The notes: a model not told the origin generated them from the letters alone. A stretch of 64,000 nt of DNA from an uncultured Planctomycetia bacterium (GCA_964409365.1 CAYPCX010000006.1:21012-85011), one strand, 5' to 3'; positions 18,583-29,192 are shown, counted from the stretch's first letter. Numbers and translations are program-made.

Positions 18583-20679
18583 TTATCCTGTCTCCACCTG
18601 CTCGGCTTCGTTGTCGTTGTCCTCTCCCGGCTGCGGCAGTTTTCTGGTCGTGTAAGTACATTTCGGATAGTTAGTGCACCCGAAGAAAACACCCCTGCGG
18701 GATTTGCGTTCCACCAGCTCTCCGTCGCATCCTTCCATGGGGCACTTGACCCCGCTGGTTATGGATTTGGCGTTCTTGCAGGCCGGGAAACCCGAACAGC
18801 TCAGGAAACGGCCGCGCCTGCCCCACTTTATCACCATGGGCCTTCCGCATTTCTCGCATACCTGGTCGGTCTTTATCTCCTGGCGTTTCACGCTCTTCAT
18901 CCGTTCCCTGGCTTCCTCGAGCTTTTTAGAAAAAGGCGCGTAAAAATCCTTGAGGACCTGGACCCAGCCGATATTGCCTTCCTCGACACCGTCAAGTTCG
19001 CTCTCCATTTTAGCGGTGAACTCCTCGTCCACGATGTCGGAAAAGTTCTCGACAAGCAGCTTGTTCACCAGTTCGCCAAGCTCGGTCGGCTGCAGGTATT
19101 TGCCGACGCGTTTTATGTAATTACGGTTGACGACCGTACGTATGATGGGAGCGTACGTGGATGGCCTGCCTATCCCTTTTTCTTCCAGTATCTTCACGAG
19201 CGAAGCGTCCGAATAACGCGGAGGCGGTTTAGTGAAATGCTGCTCCGGCACTAATTCCTTAAGGTCCAGGGCCTCCGCCTTCTCGAGAGGAGGCAGCTCT
19301 TCTATCTCCTCTGCGTTTTCGCCGCCTTCCCTGTACACGCGCAAGAATCCGTCGAAGATCAGGTGGCCGCCCCCCGCTCTGAACCTGTAGTCACCGGCAT
19401 CGATATTCACCGACAGCACTGAATACAGGGCGCTCGTCATCTGGCTCGATAGAAACCTGTTCCATATGAGGGTATAAAGCTTGAGTTCATCCGGACTGAG
19501 ATACTTGGCCACTTTCTGCGGGTGCCTCAGCGGAAGCGTCGGCCGTATGGCTTCATGGGCCTCTTGTGCTCTTTTCTTGGACTTGTACTTAGGGGGTGTT
19601 GCGGGACGATATTTTTCCCCGTATTTGTCCACTATATATTCACGGACCTCTTTTTGCGCGTCGTTCGATACACGCACGGAATCCGTGCGCATGTACGTGA
19701 TGAGACCTTCGCTGCCTTCGGGCCCGAGCTCCACGCCCTCGTACAGCGTTTGCGCCACGCGCATGGTCTTGCTGGCGGAAAAGTTCAGCTTGTTGAACGC
19801 GTCCTGCTGGAGAACGGAAGTGGTATAAGGGGACCTTGGATGGCTTTTTTTGTCTTTCCTGTTTATATCGGTGACGATGAAATCCGCTTTTTTCAGGTCC
19901 TCTACTATTTCATCCGCCTTTTTCTTGTCGGACACCTGTATCTTTTCGCCCTTATATTTGGCGAGCTTTGCCTTGAAGGGCGGATACTCGCCTTTCTTCT
20001 TTTTAAGTATGGCGTCCACGCTCCAGTATTCCTGCGGTTTGAACTTTCGTATCTGGTCTTCCCTTTCCGCTATGAGCCGCACCGCCACTGACTGCACCCT
20101 GCCCGCGCTCAGGCCCCTGGTAACCTTTCCCCACAGGAGCGGGCTCAGCGAATAGCCTACTATCCTGTCCATTATCCTTCTGGCCTGCTGGGCGTTCACC
20201 TTGTTCATGTCCAGGTCCCCCGGATGTTCAAAAGCTTCTCTTACCGCCTTCTCGGTGATCTCCTCGAAGCTCACTCTGTATACTCCGATGGACTTCTTCT
20301 GGAGCTGGTTCCGCAGATGCCAGCATATGGCTTCGCCTTCACGATCCGGGTCCGCCGCCAGGTATATGGCCTCTACGTCTTTCGCTTCCTTTTTTAGAGA
20401 GCTCAGATATTTTTTCCGGCCTTTCATGATGGTGTATTCCGGCTTGAAGTCCTTATCGAAATCCACGCCCATCTTATCCTCGGGCAGGTCCACTATATGC
20501 CCCATGCTCGCCAGGACCTTGTAATCTTTCCCCAGGATCTTGTTTATAGTTTTGGACTTGGCCGGTGACTCCACTATCACCAGGTATTTACTGCCCTTAA
20601 ACCCGGCCTTCACGATTTTCGAAGCCTTTGCGGTCGTCGCCGGTTTAGCCGTTTTAGCGGTCTTTTTCTTGGCTGACAT
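18583..20679 (-). CDS. topA: DNA topoisomerase I
   Basis: IVESPAK, DPDREGE, SAGRVQS and ITYMRTDS motifs; zinc ribbons; SD AAGGAG before MSAKK. Confidence 0.97.
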   Translation of the reverse strand: MSAKKKTAKTAKPATTAKASKIVKAGFKGSKYLVIVESPAKSKTINKILGKDYKVLASMGHIVDLPEDKMGVDFDKDFKPEYTIMKGRKKYLSSLKKEAKDVEAIYLAADPDREGEAICWHLRNQLQKKSIGVYRVSFEEITEKAVREAFEHPGDLDMNKVNAQQARRIMDRIVGYSLSPLLWGKVTRGLSAGRVQSVAVRLIAEREDQIRKFKPQEYWSVDAILKKKKGEYPPFKAKLAKYKGEKIQVSDKKKADEIVEDLKKADFIVTDINRKDKKSHPRSPYTTSVLQQDAFNKLNFSASKTMRVAQTLYEGVELGPEGSEGLITYMRTDSVRVSNDAQKEVREYIVDKYGEKYRPATPPKYKSKKRAQEAHEAIRPTLPLRHPQKVAKYLSPDELKLYTLIWNRFLSSQMTSALYSVLSVNIDAGDYRFRAGGGHLIFDGFLRVYREGGENAEEIEELPPLEKAEALDLKELVPEQHFTKPPPRYSDASLVKILEEKGIGRPSTYAPIIRTVVNRNYIKRVGKYLQPTELGELVNKLLVENFSDIVDEEFTAKMESELDGVEEGNIGWVQVLKDFYAPFSKKLEEARERMKSVKRQEIKTDQVCEKCGRPMVIKWGRRGRFLSCSGFPACKNAKSITSGVKCPMEGCDGELVERKSRRGVFFGCTNYPKCTYTTRKLPQPGEDNDNEAEQVETG

Positions 20680-20695
20680 ATAGTTCCGCTCCTTT

Positions 20696-21835
20696 TTAGA
20701 GTATTGAGTTTTGAGTATCACGTATCGAGTATCGGGATCCGGCCTCGGCCTTCACAAAACCCTTGATCTCCATCCTGAGAAGCTCCTCTGCCAATTCGCT
20801 CAGATCGATATTCGTAAGTTCCGAAATAAGATCTATATGTGCCGGGCCTTTCTCCAGCGCATCAAGGACCTTAAGCCCGTTTTTCCCGATCTTTCGCCGG
20901 TGTTCCCTGCGGTTTTCTTCGGTTTCACCCTTACCCCTGAGACCCGAGACCTGGAACCTGCGACCCGGATCAAGGTCCTCCAGAATATCATCGGCGCTCA
21001 TCACAAGCTTCGCGCCGTTCTGTATAAGCTCGTTAGTGCCTCCTGATGTAAGGGAATCCGCCCTTCCCGGAACGGCGAAGACCTCTCTTCCCTGGTCGAG
21101 AGCGAGATCCACGGTTATCATGGCCCCGCTTTTCCTTGTCGCTTCCACTACGACCACGCCTTTCGCCATGCCGCTTATTATCCTGTTCCTTCTCGGAAAA
21201 TTACCTCTTTCAGGAAACGTATCCGAAGTGTATTCGGTCAGTACCGCCCCGCTCTCGCATATGGCGGAAAAAAGCTTCCCGGACCCGGGAGGATAGACGT
21301 GCCCGAACCCGCTTCCCATGACCGCGACCGTACGCCCTCCGGCCCTGAGCGCGCCCCTGTGCGCGGCCGAGTCTATGCCTCTTGCCATGCCGCTTATAAC
21401 GGTAACGCCTTTCACGGCAAGAGCGAAGGCAAGCTGTTCCGCCATCTGAAGGCCGTACAACGAACAGCGTCTTGACCCTACAATGGCCACCGCGTTCGCC
21501 TCATCCCCCTGGAGCTTCCCTTTACAAAAAAGGACCGCCGGAGGATCGTATATATCCATGAGGACCTCAGGATATCCCCGTGTGCCGTAACACAGCAGGG
21601 TGATACCTTCTTTTTCGATATATTCCAGTTCCTCCGCTAATTTACGGGAATCCCTTGCCGCTTTTACCGCGGCCGTATCGGAAAAACGTCCGCCCGTCAG
21701 CTCCGCCAGGCGACGCGCCGGCATCGTGAACACCTCCTCGGTGTCATCTACGTCCCTGAGGATCTTAACTATGCTTCTGGCGCCGAGCCCCTTCGTAAGA
21801 GCGAGCGCCATTATGTCACGATCAACCTTATCCAA
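20696..21835 (-). CDS. dprA: DNA-processing protein DprA
   Basis: AIVGSR, SGMARGID, FPRRNRIISG and GREVFAVPG motifs; C-terminal winged helix. Confidence 0.95.
   Translation of the reverse strand: MDKVDRDIMALALTKGLGARSIVKILRDVDDTEEVFTMPARRLAELTGGRFSDTAAVKAARDSRKLAEELEYIEKEGITLLCYGTRGYPEVLMDIYDPPAVLFCKGKLQGDEANAVAIVGSRRCSLYGLQMAEQLAFALAVKGVTVISGMARGIDSAAHRGALRAGGRTVAVMGSGFGHVYPPGSGKLFSAICESGAVLTEYTSDTFPERGNFPRRNRIISGMAKGVVVVEATRKSGAMITVDLALDQGREVFAVPGRADSLTSGGTNELIQNGAKLVMSADDILEDLDPGRRFQVSGLRGKGETEENRREHRRKIGKNGLKVLDALEKGPAHIDLISELTNIDLSELAEELLRMEIKGFVKAEAGSRYSIRDTQNSIL
20699..20733. repeat. Heptamer array (GAGTATY) encoding the DprA C-terminus
   Basis: gagtatt gagtttt gagtatc acgtatc gagtatc. 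Confidence 0.75.
20936..20970. repeat. Heptamer array (CCTGAGA-type) inside the dprA coding sequence
   Basis: cctgaga cccgaga cctggaa cctgcga cccggat, translated as PGRRFQVSGLR. Confidence 0.75.
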
Positions 21836-22859
21836 CGCTCTTCCTTTTGAACTTTCCCTTTCTTACCATCTCCAGGAATATCTCCGTAACACGGGGATCG
21901 AACTTGCGCCCCTTTTCGTTCTCCATTATCGCCATGGCTTCCTTTCTGGAGAAACCCCTGCGGTACGGGCGATCCGCAGTAAGGGCCTCGAACACGTCCG
22001 CCACGGTCAGCACCCTTGACTCCAGCGGTATATTCTCTCCTCTGACGCCGTTCGGGTAGCCGCTGCCGTCGTAATTCTCATGGTGGTTCGACATTATAGG
22101 TATTATCTCGTCGAGGAAGTTCACCATGCTCACTACCTCGGACCCCCATCGGGGATGTTTTTTGATCTCGTCGAACTCTTCCTTGGTAAGCCTTCCCTCC
22201 TTGAAAAGTATCCTTTCGTCGATCGCGAGCTTCCCCAGGTCATGGAGGAGCGCGGCGATCTTGAGCCTTTCTATTTTCACCTTGCTCAGCCCTATCCTTT
22301 TGCCCAAGGCCACGGCGAACCTCATGACCCTGACGGAATGTTCGGCCGTCTCGGGGTCACTGTGCCTCGAAGCGCCGAACAATGTCTCGACTATCTCCTT
22401 GTACGCCTTTTCGAGTTTCCTCCGGGTAGGTGCGTGTATCTTTACCTTCCGGTCGAAACTGTATTTACCCTCGCGGCCTATGAACATGAAAAGATCGGAC
22501 CGTTTCTGCCTCAGGGGGATGCCGATCCAGTACATGTACTTTTCGCGGCCTTTCGATCTCACGGTGGTCTCGAACATGCAAAGGGTCTTGCTTTTTCTTA
22601 TGTTCGCGAACACGCCTCTTATGACCTTGTTCCATGGCTCCGGTATAATGCTCCGTATCCAATCTTTCCCGATGATAGACTTTTCCGAAACGCGGAAAAG
22701 TTCACGGTACCTGCTGTTCACGAACACCACGCGCGCCTTCGCGTCGGAGACCATCACGGAAGCGTCCATGTTCTCTATCAGCTTCCCGAAGAACAGCCCC
22801 CACAGGATCCTGTTCCGGTCGGTCTTTTTAGCTTTCTTTCCGCTCATCTTCTTTTTCAT
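21828..22859 (-). CDS. PAS + HD-GYP cyclic-dinucleotide phosphodiesterase
   Basis: PAS-like N-terminus; HS.RV, LLHDLGK, HHENYDGSGYP and DRPYR motifs. Confidence 0.9.
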   Translation of the reverse strand: MKKKMSGKKAKKTDRNRILWGLFFGKLIENMDASVMVSDAKARVVFVNSRYRELFRVSEKSIIGKDWIRSIIPEPWNKVIRGVFANIRKSKTLCMFETTVRSKGREKYMYWIGIPLRQKRSDLFMFIGREGKYSFDRKVKIHAPTRRKLEKAYKEIVETLFGASRHSDPETAEHSVRVMRFAVALGKRIGLSKVKIERLKIAALLHDLGKLAIDERILFKEGRLTKEEFDEIKKHPRWGSEVVSMVNFLDEIIPIMSNHHENYDGSGYPNGVRGENIPLESRVLTVADVFEALTADRPYRRGFSRKEAMAIMENEKGRKFDPRVTEIFLEMVRKGKFKRKSVG

Positions 22860-23358
22860 CCGCCATTAACCCCTTTATCAATTTCACCACCCCGTTAACA
22901 TCCAGGTCGGCCGTGTTGATGTGAATATCGGCCTTTTCGTAAAAAGGGCTCCGGTACTCCATCAGTTCCTCGATCCGCTTTTTCGGGTCCTCCACGTTCA
23001 AAAGCGGCCTGTGCCCGTGCTTTACCGTGCGCTCATAAATAGTATCAAGGTCGGCCCAGAGACAAATGATAACGCCGTTCTTCCTCAAGTTCTCGATGTT
23101 CTTTTCGTCCAACACCACCCCGCCTCCGGCGTCTATCACCTGGTCCGCCTTTTCGCCGATCTGGCCTACGACCTCTTTCTCCACTTTGCGGAAATAAGGC
23201 TCTCCCTGGTCCTTGAAAATATCCTTGATGGGCTTCTTCTCCCTGGCTTCTATCAGGTCATCGGTGCTCACGTATTTCATGCCAAGGTCCCTTGCCAGGG
23301 CTTTCGCGACCACCGTCTTCCCCGTTCCCATAAACCCCACAATCGTTATATTTTTCAT
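22828..23358 (-). CDS. aroK: Shikimate kinase
   Basis: GFMGTGKT, GEPYFR, GGGVV and RPLL motifs; start at MKNIT. Confidence 0.95.
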   Translation of the reverse strand: MKNITIVGFMGTGKTVVAKALARDLGMKYVSTDDLIEAREKKPIKDIFKDQGEPYFRKVEKEVVGQIGEKADQVIDAGGGVVLDEKNIENLRKNGVIICLWADLDTIYERTVKHGHRPLLNVEDPKKRIEELMEYRSPFYEKADIHINTADLDVNGVVKLIKGLMADEKEDERKES

Positions 23359-23361
23359 AAT

Positions 23362-23477
23362 AATATATTCTGGGGACACGTCTGGTCGTCTACATGGCAT
23401 TTACACAGACGTGTCCCCAGAACCTCCGTTTTGTCAATCTACATGGCATTTACACAGACGTGTCCCCAGAACCTCCG
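23362..23477. repeat. REP-like hairpin element, copy 2, with a 49-bp tandem duplication
   Basis: ttctggggacacgtctg...cagacgtgtccccagaa; unit tctacatggc...ttttgtcaa starts at 23389 and 23438. Confidence 0.93.
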
Positions 23478-24605
23478 TTACCTTTCTTTCAGCGTCTCCA
23501 TGTACGCGTCGTAATTCCTCCGCATCTCGCCTATCGAGTCCCTGCCGAACTTGTCCAGGAACGCCGAGGCCAGCTCTATCGCCACGGAGGCTTCCGCGAC
23601 CACCGCGCAGGCGGGCACGGCCGCGACATCGGCACGCTCTACCGCAGCTTTCGCCTTTTTCCCGGTGTCGACATCAACCGACGCCAGGGGTTTTCCAAGA
23701 GTGGCTATGGGCTTCATGAAACCCCTGACCACCACGGGCGCCCCGTTCGTCAGTCCGCCTTCTATTCCACCGGCATTGTTCGAGCCTCTGGTAAAAGTCC
23801 CCGTCTTCTCGTCATACCCTATCGGGTCATGCGTTTCGGAACCCTTCATGGAAGAACACTCTATGCCGCTGCCGATAGACACGGCTTTGACGGCCGGTAT
23901 GGACATCACCGCGCGGGCAAGCGCCCCGTCCATCCTCTTGTCCCACTGTGCATAACTGCCCAGCCCCGGCGGTACCCCCTCAGCGACTATCTCAAACGCG
24001 CCCCCGAGAGTGTCACCGGCTTCCCCGGCCTTGTCTATCTCTTTCTTCATGGCCTCAGCCGCTTTCTTGTCGGCGCACCTCACGTCGGAGGTCTCGGCCG
24101 ACTTGCGGATCTGGGCGACTGAAAGGCTTCCCGGGGCGGCTTTGACGGAACCGATAGCGGTCACGTGGCCGGCCACCTCTATCCCCAGCTCCCTGAGGAG
24201 TATCTTGGCCACGGCTCCCGCTGCCACGCGCGCTGCCGTTTCACGGGCACTGGCCCTTTCGAGCACGTTCCTGGCATCGGAAAAACCGTGCTTGAGCATG
24301 CCCGCAAGGTCCGCATGCCCGGGCCTCGGACATTTTATATCGGCAAGGTCCTCGATCTTGTAGTCCTTATTTTCTATGAGCATGGCGACGGGGCTGCCGA
24401 TCGTTATCCCCTTGCGGGAGCCGGATATTATCTCCGCCTTGTCGCTCTCGATCCGCATGCGGCCTCCCCTGCCATAGCCGGTCATTCTCCTGGCAAGCTC
24501 CCCGTTGATGAAATTTTCATCAAGCTTGATGCCGGCTGGTACGCCGTCAAGAATGGCCACGAGACCCTTCCCGTGTGATTCTCCTGCAGTCATGTACCTG
24601 AGCAT
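23478..24605 (-). CDS. aroC: Chorismate synthase
   Basis: TAGESHG, PRPGHAD, ERASARET and MKPIAT motifs. Confidence 0.97.
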   Translation of the reverse strand: MLRYMTAGESHGKGLVAILDGVPAGIKLDENFINGELARRMTGYGRGGRMRIESDKAEIISGSRKGITIGSPVAMLIENKDYKIEDLADIKCPRPGHADLAGMLKHGFSDARNVLERASARETAARVAAGAVAKILLRELGIEVAGHVTAIGSVKAAPGSLSVAQIRKSAETSDVRCADKKAAEAMKKEIDKAGEAGDTLGGAFEIVAEGVPPGLGSYAQWDKRMDGALARAVMSIPAVKAVSIGSGIECSSMKGSETHDPIGYDEKTGTFTRGSNNAGGIEGGLTNGAPVVVRGFMKPIATLGKPLASVDVDTGKKAKAAVERADVAAVPACAVVAEASVAIELASAFLDKFGRDSIGEMRRNYDAYMETLKER

Positions 24606-24624
24606 GGTCAACTCCTTTTCCATT

Positions 24625-24657
24625 TATACATCGGGTGTATAATACACCCGATGTATA
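24625..24657. repeat. Perfect 16-bp inverted repeat (palindrome family, copy 1)
   Basis: tatacatcgggtgtat-a-atacacccgatgtata. Confidence 0.9.
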
Positions 24658-24658
24658 G

Positions 24659-25426
24659 TTAAAACACGAACAAATGATCCAGTATCTTATATCCGTAAAA
24701 AAGACTGATAAGCGCGCCGAGCGCCAGATACGGCGCGTAAGGTATCGCGTCCTTCTGTCTCCTGAATTTCATGAAAAGACCTATACCCAGCCCCAGCACG
24801 GGCGCGATAAAGAACGTAAGAAGCACCAGCTTCCACCCGAGCAAAGCCCCGATCATGGCCATCAGCTTCATGTCCCCGCCGCCCAGCGCTTCCCTGCGAA
24901 ATATGAGTTCACCCACGACGCCGAGCAGGAACATGCTTCCTCCGCCGGCCAGTATACCGAACACCGAATCGACGAAAGACGCCAGGTAAGAAACGGAACC
25001 GTCCAGCCTGAACACGGTCATCAGCACCGCCGCTACCGCTATGCCCGGCACCGTTATCACGTCGGGTATTTCCTGGTGCTCGATATCGATAAAAACGACG
25101 GTTATCAAAGCGCACGTGAAAAGCCCGTACACAAAGAACTCGGCGCTGAAAGTAAAATAATATAAGAGGAGCATACCGCTCAGGGCGGTGATGAGCTCCA
25201 CTATAAAATACCTCACCGGGATGTGGTCACCGCAATGACGGCACCTGTTCTTCAGGACCACATAACTTATTAAAGGAATGTTGTCATACCACAGTATGGG
25301 ATGCTTGCAGCCCGGACAATGGGAAGGCGGCCAGATTATCGACTTCCCGAGCGGGAGCCTGTAGATGCAGACGTTCAGAAAACTTCCTACACAAGCCCCA
25401 AGAATAAATGCAAGAAAATACCCCAT
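24659..25426 (-). CDS. pilD: Prepilin peptidase (A24)
   Basis: GSFLNVCIYRLP, two CxxC pairs, FID and GGGDMKL motifs. Confidence 0.93.
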   Translation of the reverse strand: MGYFLAFILGACVGSFLNVCIYRLPLGKSIIWPPSHCPGCKHPILWYDNIPLISYVVLKNRCRHCGDHIPVRYFIVELITALSGMLLLYYFTFSAEFFVYGLFTCALITVVFIDIEHQEIPDVITVPGIAVAAVLMTVFRLDGSVSYLASFVDSVFGILAGGGSMFLLGVVGELIFRREALGGGDMKLMAMIGALLGWKLVLLTFFIAPVLGLGIGLFMKFRRQKDAIPYAPYLALGALISLFYGYKILDHLFVF

Positions 25427-26350
25427 CTACCTCTTCTTCAACTCCTCCAGGGCCGCTTCTTTCATGACCTTTTTAACCTCGTCAAAAGGCATTCCCGTCC
25501 AGATCTCAAAGGCCTTGGCGCCCTGATTCACGAGCATGCCAAGCCCGCCGGAAGCGACCAGTCCCTTTTCTTTCGTTTTCTTCACCAGTTCCGTCTCGCG
25601 GGCGTACACCAGGTCATAGACCACCGCCCCGTCCTTCAGATGAGCGACGTCCACGGGGGAAGGATCCCCTTCTTTCGTACCGAGCGGTGTAGCGTTCACG
25701 ACAAGATCGCATTTGGCGACGTTCACGGCCACATCGGCCGCGTCTTCAATAGCGAACAGCTTGACGCCTGAATCTCTGAAATGCTTTTCAAAATCATCTT
25801 TTAGAGCATTAAGAGCCGCCTTCGATATATCGTGGACATATATCCTTTTAGGTCTTTTTTCTTCGCGAAAAGCCAGATAAAGTGCTATTGCCCTGCCGGC
25901 TCCGCCTGCTCCGAAAATAAAAACATCTTTTCCCTTCGGGGCGAACCCGGTGTCATCCTCGAGAGAGGAACAAAAACCCTCGACATCGGTGTTGTACCCG
26001 GTAATATTTTCATCCTCCACTCTTACCGTATTCAAAGCTCCCGCTATTTTCACGAATTTCTTATACTTTGCCCCAAGAGGCGCTCCTTTTCCCTTGACCG
26101 CGACCTCCGGCCGCGACAACGCTTGTTTTACCCTTTCTTTATAAGGCACTGTAACATTGAAACCGCTTATCTCTCCGGCACGGACCCTGCTCTCGATAAA
26201 ATCAACAAGATCTTCTTCTGTTTCCACATCAAAAAGAACATACTCCGCCTGTATCCCGAAACGCCTGAACGCGGCATTATGCATCGCGGGGGACAGGGAA
26301 TAACCTATGTTCTTTCCCAGAAGGCCGTATAGCTTTTTCCCTTCCGCCAT
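25427..26350 (-). CDS. aroE: Shikimate dehydrogenase
   Basis: SLSPAMHN, NVTVPYK, GYNTD, GAGGAG and NATPLG motifs. Confidence 0.95.
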   Translation of the reverse strand: MAEGKKLYGLLGKNIGYSLSPAMHNAAFRRFGIQAEYVLFDVETEEDLVDFIESRVRAGEISGFNVTVPYKERVKQALSRPEVAVKGKGAPLGAKYKKFVKIAGALNTVRVEDENITGYNTDVEGFCSSLEDDTGFAPKGKDVFIFGAGGAGRAIALYLAFREEKRPKRIYVHDISKAALNALKDDFEKHFRDSGVKLFAIEDAADVAVNVAKCDLVVNATPLGTKEGDPSPVDVAHLKDGAVVYDLVYARETELVKKTKEKGLVASGGLGMLVNQGAKAFEIWTGMPFDEVKKVMKEAALEELKKR

Positions 26351-26443
26351 CGTATCCCTTTAAAGAGGCCAAAGGCCTGAACGCCGGGGAATACCCTTAA
26401 AGATGTCTTATCCCAGACGCCAGGCCCCCTGGACCCTGTTACG

Positions 26444-27991
26444 TTATTTTCCGCTTTTTTTTCTTTGCTTCAGTTTTTTCTTTCTCAGCGCCAGGCGGTT
26501 TATAGCGTTCACATAGGCCAGGACGCTCGCCTCGATGATGTCCGTGCTCGAGCCCCTGCCTATCACGACCTCGTCACGGAAAGCCACCTTCACGCTGACC
26601 TCTCCCAGCGCGTCCTTCCCGCTGGTGACCGCGTTCACCTTGTAATCCATGAGCTTTCCCTTGTGCCCTACCGCCTTGTCGATCGTTTTAAAACACGCAT
26701 CTATGGGGCCGTCACCGGTAGCGGACGCTTTTACGGGTTTTTTGTCTTTCACGAGTTCTACGCTCGCCAGCGGCACTATCTTGTTGCCGCTCGTCACCTG
26801 AAAGTTGCGGAGCTTGTAATCTTCGGGAATGGTCGCCAGCTCATCTTCGACGATCGTAGCCAGGTCCTCGTCGAAGACCTTCCTTTTTTTATCGGCGAGG
26901 GCCTTGAAACGCGTGAACGCCTGGTTAAGTTCCTTCTCCGAAAGCGAATATCCCAGCTCCTTCAACCTCGCTGAAAAGGCGTGCCTGCCCGAGAGCTTGC
27001 CGAGGACTATCTTGCTCCCCTTGAAGCCCACATCCTGGGGTTTGATGATCTCGTAAGTAACTCTTTTTTTGAGCACACCGTCCTGGTGGATACCGGATTC
27101 GTGGGCGAACGCGTTATCCCCTATTATGGCCTTGTTCGGCTGCACGGTGATACCCGTCAGCTTGCTCACCAGACGGCTTGTCTTATACAGCTCCCTGGTA
27201 TTGATGTTCGTGATGAGGCCCCCATACATGTCCCTGCGCATGTTAAGTCCCATAACGATCTCTTCAAGCGAGGCGTTGCCCGCCCTCTCGCCAAGGCCGT
27301 TAATGGTACACTCCACCTGCCGCGCACCGTTCATAACAGCCGCGAGCGAGTTGCTCACGCCGAGCCCCAGGTCGTTGTGACAATGCACACTGATGATAGC
27401 CTTGTTTATATTGGGGACTGTCTCCATCAGGTAGCCTATCAGGTCGCCGAACTCCTGGGGTATGGAATACCCCACCGTGTCCGGTATGTTGACAGTCGTC
27501 GCCCCCGCCGCTATAACAGATTCCGTGACCTGCGCGAGGAAATCCCTCTCGGTCCTGGAAGCGTCCTCGGGCGAGAACTCGACGTCCGGCAGTTTCTTCC
27601 GGGCGTACTTCACCGCTTCCACGGAGGCCTTGAGTATCTCGTCCTTCGCTTTCCTCAACTTGTACTTCATGTGTATCTTGGAGGTGGCGAGAAAAACATG
27701 GATCCTCGGCCGCCTTGCTTTCTTCACCGCCTCATAAGCGTCGTCTATATCCCGTTTGGTCGCGCGCGCCAGGCCGCAGATCACGGGTTTGGTGACATGT
27801 TTGCTCACTGTCTTTACGGCTTCGAGATCACCGGGGCTTGTCCTCGGGAAACCCGCTTCGATAATATCCACACCGAGCTTTTCCAGCTGGTAAGCTATCT
27901 TGAGTTTCTCGTTGGTGGTAAGACTGGCGCCGGGGGTCTGTTCCCCGTCCCTCAGCGTCGTATCGAATATCAGGACCTTGTTTTTTTTCAT
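26444..27991 (-). CDS. leuA: 2-isopropylmalate synthase
   Basis: DTTLRDGEQ, HCHNDLG, GERAGNA and HESGIHQDG motifs; regulatory domain. Confidence 0.96.
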   Translation of the reverse strand: MKKNKVLIFDTTLRDGEQTPGASLTTNEKLKIAYQLEKLGVDIIEAGFPRTSPGDLEAVKTVSKHVTKPVICGLARATKRDIDDAYEAVKKARRPRIHVFLATSKIHMKYKLRKAKDEILKASVEAVKYARKKLPDVEFSPEDASRTERDFLAQVTESVIAAGATTVNIPDTVGYSIPQEFGDLIGYLMETVPNINKAIISVHCHNDLGLGVSNSLAAVMNGARQVECTINGLGERAGNASLEEIVMGLNMRRDMYGGLITNINTRELYKTSRLVSKLTGITVQPNKAIIGDNAFAHESGIHQDGVLKKRVTYEIIKPQDVGFKGSKIVLGKLSGRHAFSARLKELGYSLSEKELNQAFTRFKALADKKRKVFDEDLATIVEDELATIPEDYKLRNFQVTSGNKIVPLASVELVKDKKPVKASATGDGPIDACFKTIDKAVGHKGKLMDYKVNAVTSGKDALGEVSVKVAFRDEVVIGRGSSTDIIEASVLAYVNAINRLALRKKKLKQRKKSGK

Positions 27992-28006
27992 GTCATTTCC
28001 TTTTCT

Positions 28007-28188
28007 CAGAAGACAGAAGTCAGATGTCAGAAATCAGATATTAGGTGTTTGGTGTTAGATATTAGTTATTAGTTTTTAGTTCTTAGTCGTACAACTCATA
28101 ACTCATAACTAACAACTCAACACTTGATACTTGTTACTTTATCCTTTATCCTTGTTACTTGTCTCTGTCCTCTGTCATCTGTCCTCTA
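28007..28188. repeat. Long nested inverted heptamer array (~26 units)
   Basis: cagaaga cagaagt cagatgt cagaaat cagatat taggtgt ... tagttct tagtcgt | acaactc ataactc ... gttactt gtctctg tcctctg tcatctg tcctcta. Confidence 0.92.
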
Positions 28189-29175
28189 CTACATCCACGG
28201 CATCATGCCGCGAAGTTCTTCGCCGATCTTTTCTATCTCGTGCATCTTTTCGTCTTCCGTGATCTTGTTGTACTTCGGCCGCCCGCTCTGGTTCTCTTTT
28301 ATCCACTCTTCGGCGAACTCGCCCGACTGTATCTCCTTGAGTATCTTTTTCATCTCCTTGCGCGTATCGGCGTTGATGACCCGTTTACCCCTGGTGATGT
28401 CGCCGTATTCCGCCGTATCGGAGACCCTCTTCCTCATGCCGTAGATACCGTACTTGTAAATAAGGTCCGTTATCAGCTTGAGCTCGTGCAGGCATTCGAA
28501 GTAAGCTATCTCCGGCTGGTACCCCGCTTCGACAAGCGTGTCGAAACCGGCCTTTATCAGTTCCGAAGCGCCGCCGCAAAGCACCGTCTGCTCCCCGAAA
28601 AGATCGGTCTCCGTTTCTTCCTTGAACGTGGTCTCGATCACGCCGGCCCTTGTTCCGCCGATGGCCTTGGCGTACGCCAGGGCCTTGTCCCTGGCCCGGC
28701 CCGAATAATCCTGGAAAACAGCGATAAGGCACGGCACTCCCTTGCCCTGTTCGTACATCTCGCGGACCAGGGCGCCCGGGCCTTTGGGCGCGACCATGAA
28801 CACGTCCACGTTCCCCGGCGGGACTATCTGCTTGAAGTGTATATTGAACCCGTGAGAGAACGCCAGCGCGTTGCCTTCCGAAAGGTTCGCCTCTATACAG
28901 CTCGCGTATACCTTAGCCTGAACGTGATCCTGGGTCAGTATCTGGATTATATCAGCCTGCTTAGCGGCCTCTTCCGCGGCGAGGACCTCAAAACCGTCCT
29001 TTACGGCCAGCTCGTGGTTCGGCGTCCCTTCCAGCTCGCTTACCACGACGCTGATACCGCTGTCCCTCAGGTTAAGGGCCTGGCCGCGTCCCTGTATGCC
29101 GTAACCTATGATGGCGACCTTGAGGTCTTTGATCAGGTCCAGATCAGCGTCTTCGTCATAATACATCTTTGCCAT
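28189..29175 (-). CDS. ilvC: Ketol-acid reductoisomerase
   Basis: [23 protein letters not shown] and SDTAEYG motifs. Confidence 0.97.
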   Translation of the reverse strand: MAKMYYDEDADLDLIKDLKVAIIGYGIQGRGQALNLRDSGISVVVSELEGTPNHELAVKDGFEVLAAEEAAKQADIIQILTQDHVQAKVYASCIEANLSEGNALAFSHGFNIHFKQIVPPGNVDVFMVAPKGPGALVREMYEQGKGVPCLIAVFQDYSGRARDKALAYAKAIGGTRAGVIETTFKEETETDLFGEQTVLCGGASELIKAGFDTLVEAGYQPEIAYFECLHELKLITDLIYKYGIYGMRKRVSDTAEYGDITRGKRVINADTRKEMKKILKEIQSGEFAEEWIKENQSGRPKYNKITEDEKMHEIEKIGEELRGMMPWM

Positions 29176-29192
29176 TTTTCCCCCTTTGATAT

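Noticed and set aside
26351-26443. Possible decayed GC-rich heptamer array or attenuator between leuA and aroE
   Set aside because: The periodicity (aggccaa aggcctg ... ccccctg gaccctg) is too weak to call by eye, and there is no leader peptide.
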